The notes: a model not told the origin generated them from the letters alone. Shown: positions 29,979 to 40,605, numbered from the stretch's first letter. The stretch: 64,000 bases of DNA from an uncultured Bacteroidales bacterium (GCA_964599365.1 CAZRFL010000007.1:12909-76908); one strand, 5' to 3'. Program-made: numbers and translations.

Positions 29979-30170
29979 AGTTCTGTTTAATTAAGAATGA
30001 TTCTTCATAAAAAAAAGAGTGCAAATGTACAAAAAAACGGGCTAATAGTATATATATTAGTGCAGAAAAATACAGATCCCCATGTCAGAATTTCTACCAA
30101 AGTTCCTGTTTCTAAAAGATCATTGCCTGATCATAGCTCCTCTTCCCATATCCTCAAACAAGGAATTATT

Positions 30171-31784
30171 TTAGAAGATGAAGTCAGTCGAAAGAAAATT
30201 AGACTTATTGTCCCGTATGATTTCCTTCACAATTTGCTTGTTCATATCGCTGTCCTTGGCTGCAAACAAGGTCCTAATAGAGAAAACCCTTAAGGCATCT
30301 GAAACGGATAAGGTTCCTTCTGCAGAATCTTTTCTTCCAGTGAACGGAAAAATATCCGGCCCTCTCTGACATTGGGAGTTGATGTTTACACGGCAAACCT
30401 GATTGATCAGGGTATCCACAAGCCGGGCTATCTGATCCGAATCGCTGCCAAAAATGCTGGCTTGCTGTCCGTAGTCGGAGTTGATGACATATTCCAGAGG
30501 CTCATTGATATCCTTATAGCTTACCACCGGTATCACAGGACCAAACTGTTCTTCATGGTATATTCTCATGTTGTGGTTCACATTGAATAGTATGGCCGGA
30601 ATGAAGCAGCTGCGGTTATAGCTGCCGCCTCCCGGATTTATCACTCTGGCGCCCGACTTTAGGGCATCATCTATCAGCTCCGTAAGGTATTCCGATTTGC
30701 CCGGCTCCGGCAAGGGTGTGATATTTACATTGGCGTCCCAGGGCATACCCATTTGTAGTTTTTCTACGGCTACCGACAGTTTTTCTAAAAAAGGATGAAC
30801 TATATCCTCATGAACAAAAATAATTTTCAAAGCCGTGCACCTTTGCCCGTTGAACGACAGTGCGCCCATGATGCATTCTTTGACCGTGGCATCCAGATCA
30901 GCATCGTGAAGCACAATGGCGGGGTTTTTGGCTTCCAGTCCCAGCACACATTTCAATCGGTGAGGTTTGGGATGTTGTTTCTTTAAAATATCAGCCACGC
31001 GGCTTGAGCCAATGAAGGCAAGCACATTCACCCTGCCCGATTCCATCAGCGGAGTGATCACTTTTTGGCCATCGCCATACACCGTATTGACAACTCCTTT
31101 CGGAAAAGCTTCTTTAAAAGCATTCAGAAGCGGATAATGCAGCAGCACTCCTAGCTTGGGCGGTTTAAAGATAATGGTATTGCCCATAATGAGGGCGGGT
31201 ATCAGGGTGGTGAAAGTTTCGTTCAGGGGATAATTATAAGGGCCCATGCATAGCACCACTCCCAGGGGTGCTCTTCTGATCTGGGCGATGATGCCCTGCG
31301 AAATAGTGAAACGCGATGAGTCCCTATCGAGGGTTTTCAGGGCCTCTATGGTATCATTGATATAATCCACCGTACGGTCAAATTCTTTTTCGGAATCGGG
31401 AAGGCTTTTGCCTATCTCCCACATTAGCAGGCGGACAACGCTTTCCCTTTGCTCCTTCATCAGGAGTACGAACTTTTTGATGCATTCGATTCTTTGTTCC
31501 ACGGTCATGGCGGGCCAGGCACCTTTGCCATTATCAAAAGCCGCCACGGCGGCCTCCAGGGCTTTCATGGCTTCCTCTTTTTCCATGAGAGGGTAACTGC
31601 CTATGGTGTTGCTGGAGCCTTCTCCGTCCTGCACAAACACGGGCGAATGAACTTCATGTTGCAGGCCTTTCCAATGATGTATCTCTCCGTCGAGGAGGTA
31701 TTCGGTTTGTTCTATAGGGCTGGGCAGCAGGTATGCCTGCGGAATATTGTTTTTTTGCGGGAATGGGTTATCTGATATTTTCAA
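30171..31784 (-). CDS. Aldehyde dehydrogenase family protein (GapN-like, non-phosphorylating)
   Basis: 537 aa. Contains [11 protein letters not shown] (catalytic Glu context), [10 protein letters not shown] (catalytic Cys), and EEQFGPV. Confidence 0.8.
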   Translation of the reverse strand: MKISDNPFPQKNNIPQAYLLPSPIEQTEYLLDGEIHHWKGLQHEVHSPVFVQDGEGSSNTIGSYPLMEKEEAMKALEAAVAAFDNGKGAWPAMTVEQRIECIKKFVLLMKEQRESVVRLLMWEIGKSLPDSEKEFDRTVDYINDTIEALKTLDRDSSRFTISQGIIAQIRRAPLGVVLCMGPYNYPLNETFTTLIPALIMGNTIIFKPPKLGVLLHYPLLNAFKEAFPKGVVNTVYGDGQKVITPLMESGRVNVLAFIGSSRVADILKKQHPKPHRLKCVLGLEAKNPAIVLHDADLDATVKECIMGALSFNGQRCTALKIIFVHEDIVHPFLEKLSVAVEKLQMGMPWDANVNITPLPEPGKSEYLTELIDDALKSGARVINPGGGSYNRSCFIPAILFNVNHNMRIYHEEQFGPVIPVVSYKDINEPLEYVINSDYGQQASIFGSDSDQIARLVDTLINQVCRVNINSQCQRGPDIFPFTGRKDSAEGTLSVSDALRVFSIRTLFAAKDSDMNKQIVKEIIRDNKSNFLSTDFIF

Positions 31785-31830
31785 GGTAATAGTATTAAAT
31801 GGTTTATGGAGTTGCAGTACTACTGCATGA

Positions 31831-32415
31831 TTAGTTATCGGCGTATCTTATGATGTAATAGGTCCAGTCGGGTTTGATGAGCTTTTGTTTCACCAGGGTA
31901 ACATTTCTGTCGCCGGCATAAAAGTTTCCTGCAGGGTCGCTTCCTTTTTGAAAAATAATGTAATGCTCGGTGATGCTGTCGCCGCATCGGGCATAAAACA
32001 CGGGATATTTGACCGTGGAATCGGAACGGAAGGAGAAGTTGGTGATGAGCACATCGTTGTTGGTATAGTAAGAATGGGGCGAGAGTTTGTCGATGAGTTC
32101 CAGTGTGGCCGATTCGCTTTGCGGAAGGTATAGTTTCAGCAGATGTTTGGTGGCCGGATAGAAATAAGTTTTTCGCAACGAATCGGGATCGGAGCAGGCC
32201 CGGCCGCTATGGGCGCTGCCTATGTTCTGACAACAGGAGTCGGCGAGCAAAACGATATTTCGTAAGAACATAGTATTGATCTGCTCCAGATCATTAATAT
32301 GAGACAGGGGCAATTCGCGGAAGGAGTTTTTGGTTTGAGTGTCGCAATCGTGGTTGCAGGAAACCATGATAAACAGGGAAAAGATAAGAGTGGCGTACAT
32401 AATGGTCTTGTTCAT
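31831..32415 (-). CDS. Hypothetical lipoprotein
   Basis: The track ORF extends to 32445. The internal start [22 protein letters not shown] gives a clean lipobox. No family recognised. Confidence 0.45.
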   Translation of the reverse strand: MNKTIMYATLIFSLFIMVSCNHDCDTQTKNSFRELPLSHINDLEQINTMFLRNIVLLADSCCQNIGSAHSGRACSDPDSLRKTYFYPATKHLLKLYLPQSESATLELIDKLSPHSYYTNNDVLITNFSFRSDSTVKYPVFYARCGDSITEHYIIFQKGSDPAGNFYAGDRNVTLVKQKLIKPDWTYYIIRYADN

Positions 32416-32888
32416 TGCTTTGTTGCTGAAGAATCTTTGCAGCATAAAACTACATAATTATGGGGAGATAGAGGAGGATTTTTTTCAATTCATAGACACA
32501 AAAGAAGATTCACCGAGGAGACGCTGAGGACGCAGAGAAATCGCCACAATCCAGTAGCCTTAAGCCATGAGTCGTGCCGCACTTCGGTCTTCGGACTTCG
32601 CATTCTGAGCGAAGTCGAAAGGCAGACTTCCTTAATCTACTTAATAAACCCAATCAACTAATTACTGGTTTGCCACGCGCCACTCTTACATTTCATCTAA
32701 GGAGTTCTCTTTGTGGGTCATGGGTTGGAATATTTTACGGCAAATTATTGTTTTTGATGGGGTTGTTGTTAGGTTGAGGCATCGCAAAAAGTTACTTGAT
32801 CCAATTGGAGAATTCATACAAGGCAAATTGTCCTTACTTTGCCTCATGTGACTGTTCAGACGAAATAAATTACAGTTACTGCATGCCA

Positions 32889-33083
32889 ATTGAATGTTTA
32901 TACGACATCCAACACTCTTACTTTATCCTATACGTATGTTCATGCGATACCAAATACTCTTACTTTATGTCATTTGAAAGTTCATAGATGGTAAAACACT
33001 GTTTTCGGATATCGTATGAAAGCACTGATAGGGTAAAACACTCTTACTTTATGTCGTATGAATGTCCGTACGACATAAATTCC
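32889..33083. repeat. Tandem repeat, ~4.7 units of exactly 42 bp
   Basis: The core a(a/c)actcttactttat recurs with 'act' anchors at 32914, 32956, 32998 and 33040 (spacing 42/42/42). The flanking gtatgaaNg... parts are also related. It sits in a 1-kb divergent intergenic region. Confidence 0.85.
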
Positions 33084-33404
33084 TTTTTATTGAGTAGTTC
33101 AACAATAAATAATTCAGGTTATTAACAAAACACAATTAAATTTATGAATAGAAGATGGTATTATTTGATCGAACAGTGTCTTTCCACAACTGAAAACAGT
33201 TCCGAAAAGGTTTATAAGATTATCTCGTTAACATGAAATGCGTTTGAAAAAGTGCAAAAACCATAATCCTGGTGATGCCAATTATGATAGAATTTCTTTC
33301 TGAAACTCTGTGTATCCTCTGTGTCCGCCTGTTGGTGGACTGTGTAATGGCTCCTCCTAACAGACTAAAAGCCTAATAGTCTAAAAGTCTTCAAATTTTT
33401 TTCC

Positions 33405-33412
33405 TACTTTTG
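33405..33412 (+). promoter_or_regulatory. Candidate Bacteroidota -7 promoter box (TAnnTTTG)
   Basis: tacttttg lies 45 nt upstream of the ATG at 33457. This is a sequence match only. Confidence 0.3.
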
Positions 33413-33456
33413 AAAAATATTCTGACCCTCTTTTTCACCCTAAAACCAATAACATT

Positions 33457-34497
33457 ATGATGAAACTGTCTTTCCTGAAAAGAACCTCTGCTTTGTTAGC
33501 CCTTATTCTGCTGCTATCCGTTACGAATGTCAGCAGCCAGTCCAGTACCGATGAGCCTGTGTTGGGCTTCGGATTTTTAAACAAGATCGTTGGATTGTGG
33601 AACGGCAAGGTTGTTACCTCTACTTCTTCGGGTAGTTTCGACAAATGGTATGTCGATTTCCGCCCGGTTTCCCCCTCGCAAGTGTCTCAATATTCTATGC
33701 TGGATTCCAATACGGTGAATATTACTAGCTATTTCGTGGTGAAATACAATAACAAACTGGCCATAGCCCAGCGTACCGAAGGTTGTTTCCAGGACAAATG
33801 CTGCGTTACCTACGAAATAATGGATTCGGTGAACGAAGCTTCGGGTTATTATCGTTTTGTAGATTTTGTAGGCGGAAAGAAAAGGGCTTCCACCATTTAT
33901 CATTTCTCGAAAGAGGGTTTTGTTCAGGAAGTATGGACCAACAAGTTTAATCAATCCCCTGTGTTGAAACTGCATTCGAAGTTCGAACCTGCATTGACCA
34001 GCCGCGAGGCCGCCCGCGATGCCATCAATGAATTTAAGTTTCCTCAGCCCAAAGCAGTGAACGACTTTACAGGCATCTTTGGAAGCATGAAAGAAAGCAT
34101 CTATTTCAATCTCGACGAGGATCCTTATAATGGCGCTTCCCAGCCTCCCATGGGAACGGTTACGGTGAATATCACCATAGACCCTTCACTGAAAACCAGC
34201 AAAACCGATGAGTTATGCCTGTTGCTGACTACCGAACCCCTTTTCGACGGACTGAAATACGTTCCCGAACGCTTGAATTACCTTTCGAAGTACGTGTATT
34301 TGGGGGTTGGAACGAAATCGTATACACTTAAAAACGTGCATCCCGGAAAGTATTATTTGTATTCATACGACGATATCAACGGGGATAAGATGCACAAAAA
34401 GGGCGACTATATGAGTTCCAGCCTGAACAGTAGTTTTACTGTGGGTGCCAACGGCAAGGTCAGCATTGATACTAAGATTGATTTTGTGATTCCTTAA
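33457..34497 (+). CDS. Hypothetical secreted protein
   Basis: 346 aa. Signal peptide ...VTNVSSQ. The C-terminal YTLKNVHPGKYYLYSYDDINGD... suggests a beta-sandwich. No family recognised. Confidence 0.5.
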   Translation: MMKLSFLKRTSALLALILLLSVTNVSSQSSTDEPVLGFGFLNKIVGLWNGKVVTSTSSGSFDKWYVDFRPVSPSQVSQYSMLDSNTVNITSYFVVKYNNKLAIAQRTEGCFQDKCCVTYEIMDSVNEASGYYRFVDFVGGKKRASTIYHFSKEGFVQEVWTNKFNQSPVLKLHSKFEPALTSREAARDAINEFKFPQPKAVNDFTGIFGSMKESIYFNLDEDPYNGASQPPMGTVTVNITIDPSLKTSKTDELCLLLTTEPLFDGLKYVPERLNYLSKYVYLGVGTKSYTLKNVHPGKYYLYSYDDINGDKMHKKGDYMSSSLNSSFTVGANGKVSIDTKIDFVIP

Positions 34498-34625
34498 AAA
34501 GACCACTTAGACACTAATCCGCCGCGGCGGACACTTAGAATCACTAAGAAAACTTAGTGCTCTGAGTGACTTAGTGGTATATTTTTCTCAATTTTCAAGT
34601 AATCCCCTAGAGACGCGCCTCTTTA

Positions 34626-35342
34626 TTATAAAGTCATGGGCACTTCCATCAGCAGGAATTCTGCGTCGGTGTCTGCTTTCAGCGAAAGCGTATCTGTGTC
34701 CCATATCCCAAAGCCGTCGCGGGTGTTGAGTGCCTGAGCATTGATGCTGAGGTCGCCGCTGAGTTCAAAGGCGTAGACTCCATTGCCTTTTGCTTTCAAA
34801 TCGTAAACGGCACTGAACCCCTTGTCGAATTGAGCGATATGGAACCAGGCATTTTGATAGATCCAGACCCCTTCATCGTCCGCATGGGGCGAAAGTATCT
34901 GCTGCAGCCGGTTGTGGCGGTCGGCAATGTTCAGAGCGATTTGGTCGTATCGCGGTGTAACATTCTTCTTATTGGGGTAGACCCAAATCTGCAGGAACTT
35001 GACCTGCTGGTCCTTGTTGTGGTTGTATTCGCTATGGAATATTCCCGAACCCGCGCTCATCACCTGTATATCGCCATGACGTATTACACCCGTATTCCCC
35101 ATGCTGTCTTTGTGTTCCAGGTCGCCTTCGAGGGGTATGGAAATGATTTCCATATTGTCGTGAGGATGCGTATCGAAACCCATGCCGGCTTCTACCGTAT
35201 CGTCGTTAAGCACGCGCAAGGCCCCGAAATGCACACGCTCAGGCTCGTAGTAAGAGGCGAAGCTGAAAGTGTGGAAGCTGTTAAGCCACCCGTGGTTTGC
35301 GTGACCGCGGGTAGCTGCTTTATGGAGAAGGGTGTTTGACAT
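34626..35342 (-). CDS. Pirin-family (cupin) protein
   Basis: 238 aa. Contains RGHANHGWLNSFHTFSFASYY...GFDTHPHDNMEIISIPLEGDLEHKDSMGN. Confidence 0.9.
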   Translation of the reverse strand: MSNTLLHKAATRGHANHGWLNSFHTFSFASYYEPERVHFGALRVLNDDTVEAGMGFDTHPHDNMEIISIPLEGDLEHKDSMGNTGVIRHGDIQVMSAGSGIFHSEYNHNKDQQVKFLQIWVYPNKKNVTPRYDQIALNIADRHNRLQQILSPHADDEGVWIYQNAWFHIAQFDKGFSAVYDLKAKGNGVYAFELSGDLSINAQALNTRDGFGIWDTDTLSLKADTDAEFLLMEVPMTL

Positions 35343-35343
35343 G

Positions 35344-35934
35344 CTATTGTTTTGGTGCCAGCAAACTAACGGTTAAATAAAACTCATCGTAGATGGTCTT
35401 GTCGCCCAAATCTTCGAAGAAGGAGCCCGAACCATATTTAACATTGAATTTAGTCCTGTCGATGGTCAGAGTGGCATAGATGCGCATGCCTTCTTTGCTG
35501 TCGGAAAAAACGGCTTTGATTTCTACAGGCTGAGTGGTTCCTTTGATGGTCATATTGCCTTTCACCAGGGTGATGCCTTTTTCGATTTTAACTGGTTTGT
35601 CTAAAACAAAGGTGGCTTTGGGATAGGTGGCAACTCCAAAAAAATCGTCTGATTTCAAGTGGCCTTCCAGCTTGGTGCGGTAGCCTTCGTCTGTGAGGTC
35701 TACACATTTTATGGTGGTCATATCCACTTCGAATTTGCCTTTTTCTATCATGCCATTGTTGATGGTGAATTCACCTGAAGACAGGTTGATGGTGCCACTG
35801 TGCTCGCCCGTTACTTTTTTACCCAGCCAGTTGATTTTGCTGCCGGCCGGATCGGCTTTGTATTTTGTTTGTGCCTGAGAAGTTATGATGGCTGATAATA
35901 CTACTGCCAGAGTCATTAAGATTGTTTTTTTCAT
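35344..35934 (-). CDS. YceI-family periplasmic protein
   Basis: 196 aa with a signal peptide. Contains SKINWLGKKVTGEHSGTI...KSDDFFGVATYPKATF...GNMTIKG. Confidence 0.85.
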   Translation of the reverse strand: MKKTILMTLAVVLSAIITSQAQTKYKADPAGSKINWLGKKVTGEHSGTINLSSGEFTINNGMIEKGKFEVDMTTIKCVDLTDEGYRTKLEGHLKSDDFFGVATYPKATFVLDKPVKIEKGITLVKGNMTIKGTTQPVEIKAVFSDSKEGMRIYATLTIDRTKFNVKYGSGSFFEDLGDKTIYDEFYLTVSLLAPKQ

Positions 35935-36176
35935 TGTGTTTTGTTTTTAAGATTGTTTTACTTCGTTTTAATTATTAGAGTACAAAATTACTCAGAGCCA
36001 AACACCCCCGAAATGGATAAATCATGGATGCTGTGGTATAAATCAAGGCACAATTGTTTCCCGCTAATTCCGCAGATAACCGCAGATGGAAAATCAAACT
36101 GAAAGAAATCTGCGTAAATCAGCGAGATCTGCGGGAAAAGAAAGAAATTGACAGAGAGAATATGGTCAACCTATAC

Positions 36177-37058
36177 TCACAAAGGTACACTTACCCTGAA
36201 TTCCTGAAGGGATTGATTGGTGTTGGTCTTAAAGAATTTGCTGAAGTGCGAAGGGTCGTCGAAACCCAGGTCGTAGCCTATTTCTTTGGCACTTTTGGGG
36301 GTGAAGACTATCATGCGTTTGGCTTCGAGTATAAGGCGCTGCTGAATGTAGTCCTTGGCCGATACGTCTATGGACGTTCGTATCACCTCGTTCAGATAGT
36401 TGGGCGTCACGAAGAGGGCATCGGCATATTCTTTCACCTGGTGCCATTCATGAAAATGTTCTTCCACCAATGTCTTGAATTTCTTCACCAGACTACGGCC
36501 CACTTCCACCGATTGGGTGTTTTCGGCAGGCGACAGCGAGCAATGCCCGTTGCATTCAATCAGGAAAAGTTTCAGGTAAGCGCCTATGGTCTCCAGATAC
36601 ATGTCGTTGCGGGTTTCGAAGGCCGAGAGCATTTGCCCGGCAAAGAGCTGCAGCGAGGTCGACATTTGTTCGTTGAGTGGCAGGGGAGGTGTGTCGTCGC
36701 TGGAGCGGAAGAGCTTGAGGTTGGAGATGAAATCGTCGCGAATGCTGTTCTTTTCGAGAAATTCGGGAGTGAAGAGTATTACATAGCCCGTGGGATCGGC
36801 ATCGGTTATCACCTGATGTACCTGTTCGGGACTGACGAAAAAGATATGGTTGGGCTGCAGCGCATATTCTCTGAAATCGATGATGTGGCGGCCCGTGGCG
36901 GTGATCGACCATATCACCGAGTAGTAATCGTGGCGGTGAGGTGGGTCGGCTATGCCCCCCGACAGGCGGTTGAGTTCTTCCATGGTGATGATGACGAAAG
37001 GCATGGAGACTCCCTTAAAGAGAAGAGGTAGGGTGTTGATCTTTTTAGAAGGGGGCAT
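36177..37058 (-). CDS. AraC-family transcriptional regulator
   Basis: 293 aa. N-terminal cupin-like PHRHDYYSV. C-terminal double HTH: VKEYADALFVTPNYLNEVI...AKEIGYDLGFDDPSHFSKFFK. Confidence 0.88.
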   Translation of the reverse strand: MPPSKKINTLPLLFKGVSMPFVIITMEELNRLSGGIADPPHRHDYYSVIWSITATGRHIIDFREYALQPNHIFFVSPEQVHQVITDADPTGYVILFTPEFLEKNSIRDDFISNLKLFRSSDDTPPLPLNEQMSTSLQLFAGQMLSAFETRNDMYLETIGAYLKLFLIECNGHCSLSPAENTQSVEVGRSLVKKFKTLVEEHFHEWHQVKEYADALFVTPNYLNEVIRTSIDVSAKDYIQQRLILEAKRMIVFTPKSAKEIGYDLGFDDPSHFSKFFKTNTNQSLQEFRVSVPL

Positions 37059-37252
37059 ATTGAAACTTTACTATACAAAGTTAACCCAATTGTTTGTAAT
37101 AAGGGTAAGCACAGAAAAATTATCTTTTTTATTTTGAGATTTTTAAACCTTTTAACGTGCTGGTATCCTACAATATGGAATATAGCAATAATAAGAAAAA
37201 TAAAAAAGCGACCCATTTAGGAGCCGCTTATCATCTTAATTAAGATAGAGGA

Positions 37253-37600
37253 TTAGTACATCAAGTGTTTTTTACTGGTATTTTTCCAACCTGCGTCACT
37301 TTTATATTCCGAAAAATAGATCACCAGGTCCGCATCGCTCTTATAATCGCAGAAGTAAATAGTTACCTGAGCATCGCTCTTATAGTTGCAGAAATACCAC
37401 AAACCGTCATTTCCTGAAGCATCGCTCGAATAGGAACATTTGTAAACCACCAGGTCGGCATCGCTTTTATAGTTTGCCACGTAAACTTTTACTTTGGCGT
37501 CACTTTTATAATCACAAGAATATACCTTTTGAGCATTAGCGGCTGAGATACCCACCAACAGAGCAATCATAAACACACTGACTTTTAATAGATTTTTCAT
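37253..37600 (-). CDS. Small secreted repeat protein (DUF6150-like), six ~13-aa [DN]YKSDA-x-[LV]-x-[IV]Y units
   Basis: 115 aa with a signal peptide. Contains DYKSDAKVKVYVA / NYKSDADLVVYKC / SYSSDASGNDGLWYFC / NYKSDAQVTIYFC / DYKSDADLVIYFS / EYKSDAGW. Confidence 0.6.
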   Translation of the reverse strand: MKNLLKVSVFMIALLVGISAANAQKVYSCDYKSDAKVKVYVANYKSDADLVVYKCSYSSDASGNDGLWYFCNYKSDAQVTIYFCDYKSDADLVIYFSEYKSDAGWKNTSKKHLMY

Positions 37601-37655
37601 AAAAAATTATAATTTGGTTAATAATGACAAAAATTGTTCCTAAGTTGTTGTTTGG

Positions 37656-37907
37656 TTATATTTTTTTCAAAACAAGAGAATAGCTCTCCATGATAGGGTT
37701 GGCCAATAGTTCTTTGCAGGCCTTTTCTACCAGTGCATTGGCAGTTTTTTCGTCTTTGGCATCGAGTTCAATGGCAATATGTTTTCCTATCCTGACATCA
37801 GCGATTTCCTGAATCCCAATGTTTCTAAGTCCTGATGTAACGGCTTTTCCCTGGGGATCGAGTAGCTCTTTTAGTGGCATGATGTCGATTTCAGCTCTGA
37901 ATTTCAT
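37656..37907 (-). CDS. purS: Phosphoribosylformylglycinamidine synthase subunit PurS
   Basis: MKFRAEIDIMPLKELLDPQGKAVTSGLRNIGI...VRIGKHIAIELD is typical PurS. I use the ATG at 37907 rather than the track start at 37940. It overlaps the pssA 3' end by 17 nt. Confidence 0.85.
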   Translation of the reverse strand: MKFRAEIDIMPLKELLDPQGKAVTSGLRNIGIQEIADVRIGKHIAIELDAKDEKTANALVEKACKELLANPIMESYSLVLKKI

Positions 37908-38652
37908 GTTTTTCCTGTTTGCTTTGGTTATAAAAATCAATTAATGAGAGAACGATGTACAAAATTATGATAAATGGGATAGCGACAAAGTAAAATAGTG
38001 AAATTAATATCAGTGATGATATCAGGAAGATATAGCGAATGCGATTGGCTTTCCATCCGAAGGATTTGAATTTCATCGCAATCAATGGCACATTTGATAC
38101 CAACAGGTAGGATAAGGAAATAGTGGCAGCTATTAGAACAAATGGATGCGTAACAAGATAGAACATCATATCTCCAAAGGGAAGCAATGGCGATTCAAAA
38201 CTACGGCTGGCCATGGGAAGAAATGAAAATATGACCAAAGCATTGGCAGGGGTGGGCAATCCTATGAAATGGTCTGTTTGCCTTTCATCAATATTGAATT
38301 TTGCCAATCGCCAGGCCGAAAAAACAGGTATCATGAACGCAATAAAAGGGGTGTATTCAGGTAAATGAAAACTCCATACGTCCAAACTCATCTTCAGCAA
38401 TTGAAACATGGCCACACCAGGCGCCAGTCCAAAGGAAACCATATCGGCCAGCGAATCGAGTTGCACACCAAGAGCCGATTTTACATGAAGCAATCGTGCC
38501 ACAAAACCATCGGCAAAATCGAAAACTGCCGCAGCCAGGATAAGGTAGACAGCCGTCATGAATTCGCCCTGATAGAGGTAGTATATGGCAACGCTTCCGC
38601 AGATCAGGTTGAGGCTGGTTATATAATTGGCAATGTTTGAACGTAGCTTCAT
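37891..38652 (-). CDS. pssA: CDP-diacylglycerol--serine O-phosphatidyltransferase
   Basis: 253 aa, multi-TM. CDP-alcohol phosphatidyltransferase motif DFADGFVARLLHVKSALGVQLDSLADMVSFG. Confidence 0.88.
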   Translation of the reverse strand: MKLRSNIANYITSLNLICGSVAIYYLYQGEFMTAVYLILAAAVFDFADGFVARLLHVKSALGVQLDSLADMVSFGLAPGVAMFQLLKMSLDVWSFHLPEYTPFIAFMIPVFSAWRLAKFNIDERQTDHFIGLPTPANALVIFSFLPMASRSFESPLLPFGDMMFYLVTHPFVLIAATISLSYLLVSNVPLIAMKFKSFGWKANRIRYIFLISSLILISLFYFVAIPFIIILYIVLSLIDFYNQSKQEKHEIQS

Positions 38653-38709
38653 TTCCTTATTTTAAACAAAAATAAAAATTAAACTTCACTTTAGGCAATT
38701 ACATTTCAC

Positions 38710-38717
38710 TAATTTTG
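38710..38717 (+). promoter_or_regulatory. Candidate Bacteroidota -7 promoter box (TAnnTTTG)
   Basis: taattttg, with its first base 22 nt upstream of the ATG at 38732. This is the same spacing as the box upstream of tyrS. Confidence 0.4.
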
Positions 38718-38731
38718 TAAAAAGACGCAGC

Positions 38732-40138
38732 ATGAAGAATATTTTCACCAAATTACACTTGTTAATTGGTATACTTCTTATTTCCTGTTCCGGAACACAT
38801 TCATCTAAAAACACCCAAACGCCGGAATTGGAAAAGGGGAAAGTAATTCCTTCGGTGGCTTGTGTAAAAAACGTTTCGCACACCTATGCCCTTTATCTAC
38901 CTAAGAGTTTTGTTGCCGACAAAAAATATCCTCTCATCCTTTGTTTCGATGCTCATGGCTCGGGTTATAAGCCGGTAGATTTATTACAGGAACAAGCCGA
39001 AAAATTCGGCTATGTCATTGTTGGGTCTAACGTTTCGAAGAACGGCATTTCCATGCAGGCCAATTTCGAACATTACGACATCTTGCTGGATGATATTTTG
39101 ACACGATTTGGAATAGACAAACTCCGAATTTACACCTGCGGGTTTTCGGGAGGAAGTCGCGTGGCAAGTACCATTGCCATTTCCAAAGGCGGCATTTCGG
39201 GTGTGATAGGTTGTTCTGCCGGATTCCCTCCAGTGAAGGATGGCATTCGTCAAAAGTTCGATTTCTTTGGGTATGCCGGTAACGATGACATGAACTATGC
39301 CGAAATGCTTGCTCTGGACAGGACCCTTGAAAACAGTGGGTTCAGACATCAACTGGTGGTGTTCAACGGAACACACGACTGGCCACCCAAAGAGTATATG
39401 GCCGAGAGCATTGTTTGGACCGAATTGAATGCCATGAAAGATGGTAAAAAGCCAGTTGACAAGTCATTCGTCAGCGAGCAGTTGGCCACTTTCGACAAAC
39501 AATATACCGACTCACAGAATTCTGGCAACGCTTACGAAGAATACCTCCTGACCAAAAAATTAATCAACTATTTCAAAGGGCTGGCTGATGTAAAGAAATA
39601 CGAAGATCAACTGTCTTCATTGGAAAAAGATCAGGCCGTACAGAACGGAATAAAGAAAGCACTGGCTGATGAGCTAAAAGAACAAACGCTTCAGCAACAG
39701 TATGTCGAAAAATTGTCCTCAGAAAATATTGCCTGGTGGAAGGGCGAAGTCAAGCGCCTGGATAATTTCATTGCTACCACAAAGGACGAAACAGAAAAGC
39801 ATTTGCTGAAACGAGTACTCGAATATCTGAGTCTGGTTTTATATTCCAACTGTTCTTCTGCCTACGCCCAGGGTAGCTATGCCGATGCGGAACATTACAT
39901 TGAATTGTACGCCATGATCGATCCCGACAATGCCGAGCCTGAGTTTATGTGGGCACAGATATTTGCCCGCAAAAAAGATATCGAAAAGTCCATATCACAT
40001 CTGAAAAGGTCAGCCGAATTAGGCTTTAAAGAGAAGATTCGCATCGACAACGACAGCATTTTCATTAAACTGAATAACGATAAGCGAATGACAGAAGTAC
40101 TGAATATGATAGCAAATAATCAATCCAAAACACCATGA
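38732..40138 (+). CDS. Lipoprotein with an alpha/beta-hydrolase (esterase-like) N-domain and a TPR-like C-domain
   Basis: 468 aa. Lipobox LLISC. Contains YALYLPKSF...YPLILCFDAHGSG and IYTCGFSGGSRVA (nucleophile-elbow-like G-x-S-x-G). The C-terminus is helical-repeat. Confidence 0.6.
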   Translation: MKNIFTKLHLLIGILLISCSGTHSSKNTQTPELEKGKVIPSVACVKNVSHTYALYLPKSFVADKKYPLILCFDAHGSGYKPVDLLQEQAEKFGYVIVGSNVSKNGISMQANFEHYDILLDDILTRFGIDKLRIYTCGFSGGSRVASTIAISKGGISGVIGCSAGFPPVKDGIRQKFDFFGYAGNDDMNYAEMLALDRTLENSGFRHQLVVFNGTHDWPPKEYMAESIVWTELNAMKDGKKPVDKSFVSEQLATFDKQYTDSQNSGNAYEEYLLTKKLINYFKGLADVKKYEDQLSSLEKDQAVQNGIKKALADELKEQTLQQQYVEKLSSENIAWWKGEVKRLDNFIATTKDETEKHLLKRVLEYLSLVLYSNCSSAYAQGSYADAEHYIELYAMIDPDNAEPEFMWAQIFARKKDIEKSISHLKRSAELGFKEKIRIDNDSIFIKLNNDKRMTEVLNMIANNQSKTP

Positions 40139-40605
40139 GTTTGAGCCAGTCATTAAAGCCTGGAGTACCCCGACGGTGGTTACTTATGTTTGCCGGAGTA
40201 CTTTGGACAGTGGGCGGAGGTATGCTTATTTCCCGTGGTGTAATAGGTCTATTGCCTCACGAATCCAATGCATTTATTGAAATCCCTGTAGGATTCGTGG
40301 CTGGCTTAGTCTTCTATATGGTGTTGTTCAGAAGAATATCAAAGAAACACGTCAACCGTATATTGGCTCTGAAGCCTAGCAAACCCTGTATGTTTTCCTT
40401 CTTTGATGTGCGAGGTTACATAATGATGACCATTATGATTTCGGCAGGAATCACCTTACGAAAACTGAATTTGGTTGATCCTGAAATACTCTATTCATTT
40501 TATGTGTGCATGGGGGTTCCCTTGTTGCTCTCTGCCATCAGGTTTTACTATAATTGGTATATTTACCATAACACAGATTGGACACATGCAGAAGATCAGT
40601 TTTGA
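40135..40605 (+). CDS. Hypothetical 4-TM membrane protein
   Basis: 156 aa. Its ATG overlaps the upstream stop (ATGA at 40135-40138). Confidence 0.5.
   Translation: MSLSQSLKPGVPRRWLLMFAGVLWTVGGGMLISRGVIGLLPHESNAFIEIPVGFVAGLVFYMVLFRRISKKHVNRILALKPSKPCMFSFFDVRGYIMMTIMISAGITLRKLNLVDPEILYSFYVCMGVPLLLSAIRFYYNWYIYHNTDWTHAEDQF

Noticed and set aside
32889-33083. Possible mini-CRISPR (16-bp conserved core every 42 bp)
   Set aside because: The core is too short. The intervening 26 bp are themselves related between units, so they are not spacers. There are only about 4.7 units and no cas genes.
36054-37031. 325-aa ORF on the plus strand
   Set aside because: It is antisense to the AraC-family gene (36177..37058), which has an unmistakable C-terminal double-HTH. 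Its 5' part also runs through the ccgcagat/atctgcgg word-repeat region.
40475-40585. Upstream start for cutC, as given in the ORF track
   Set aside because: The extension is out-of-frame overlap with the preceding membrane-protein gene. The CutC homology pattern begins at MQKISFEVC (40586).
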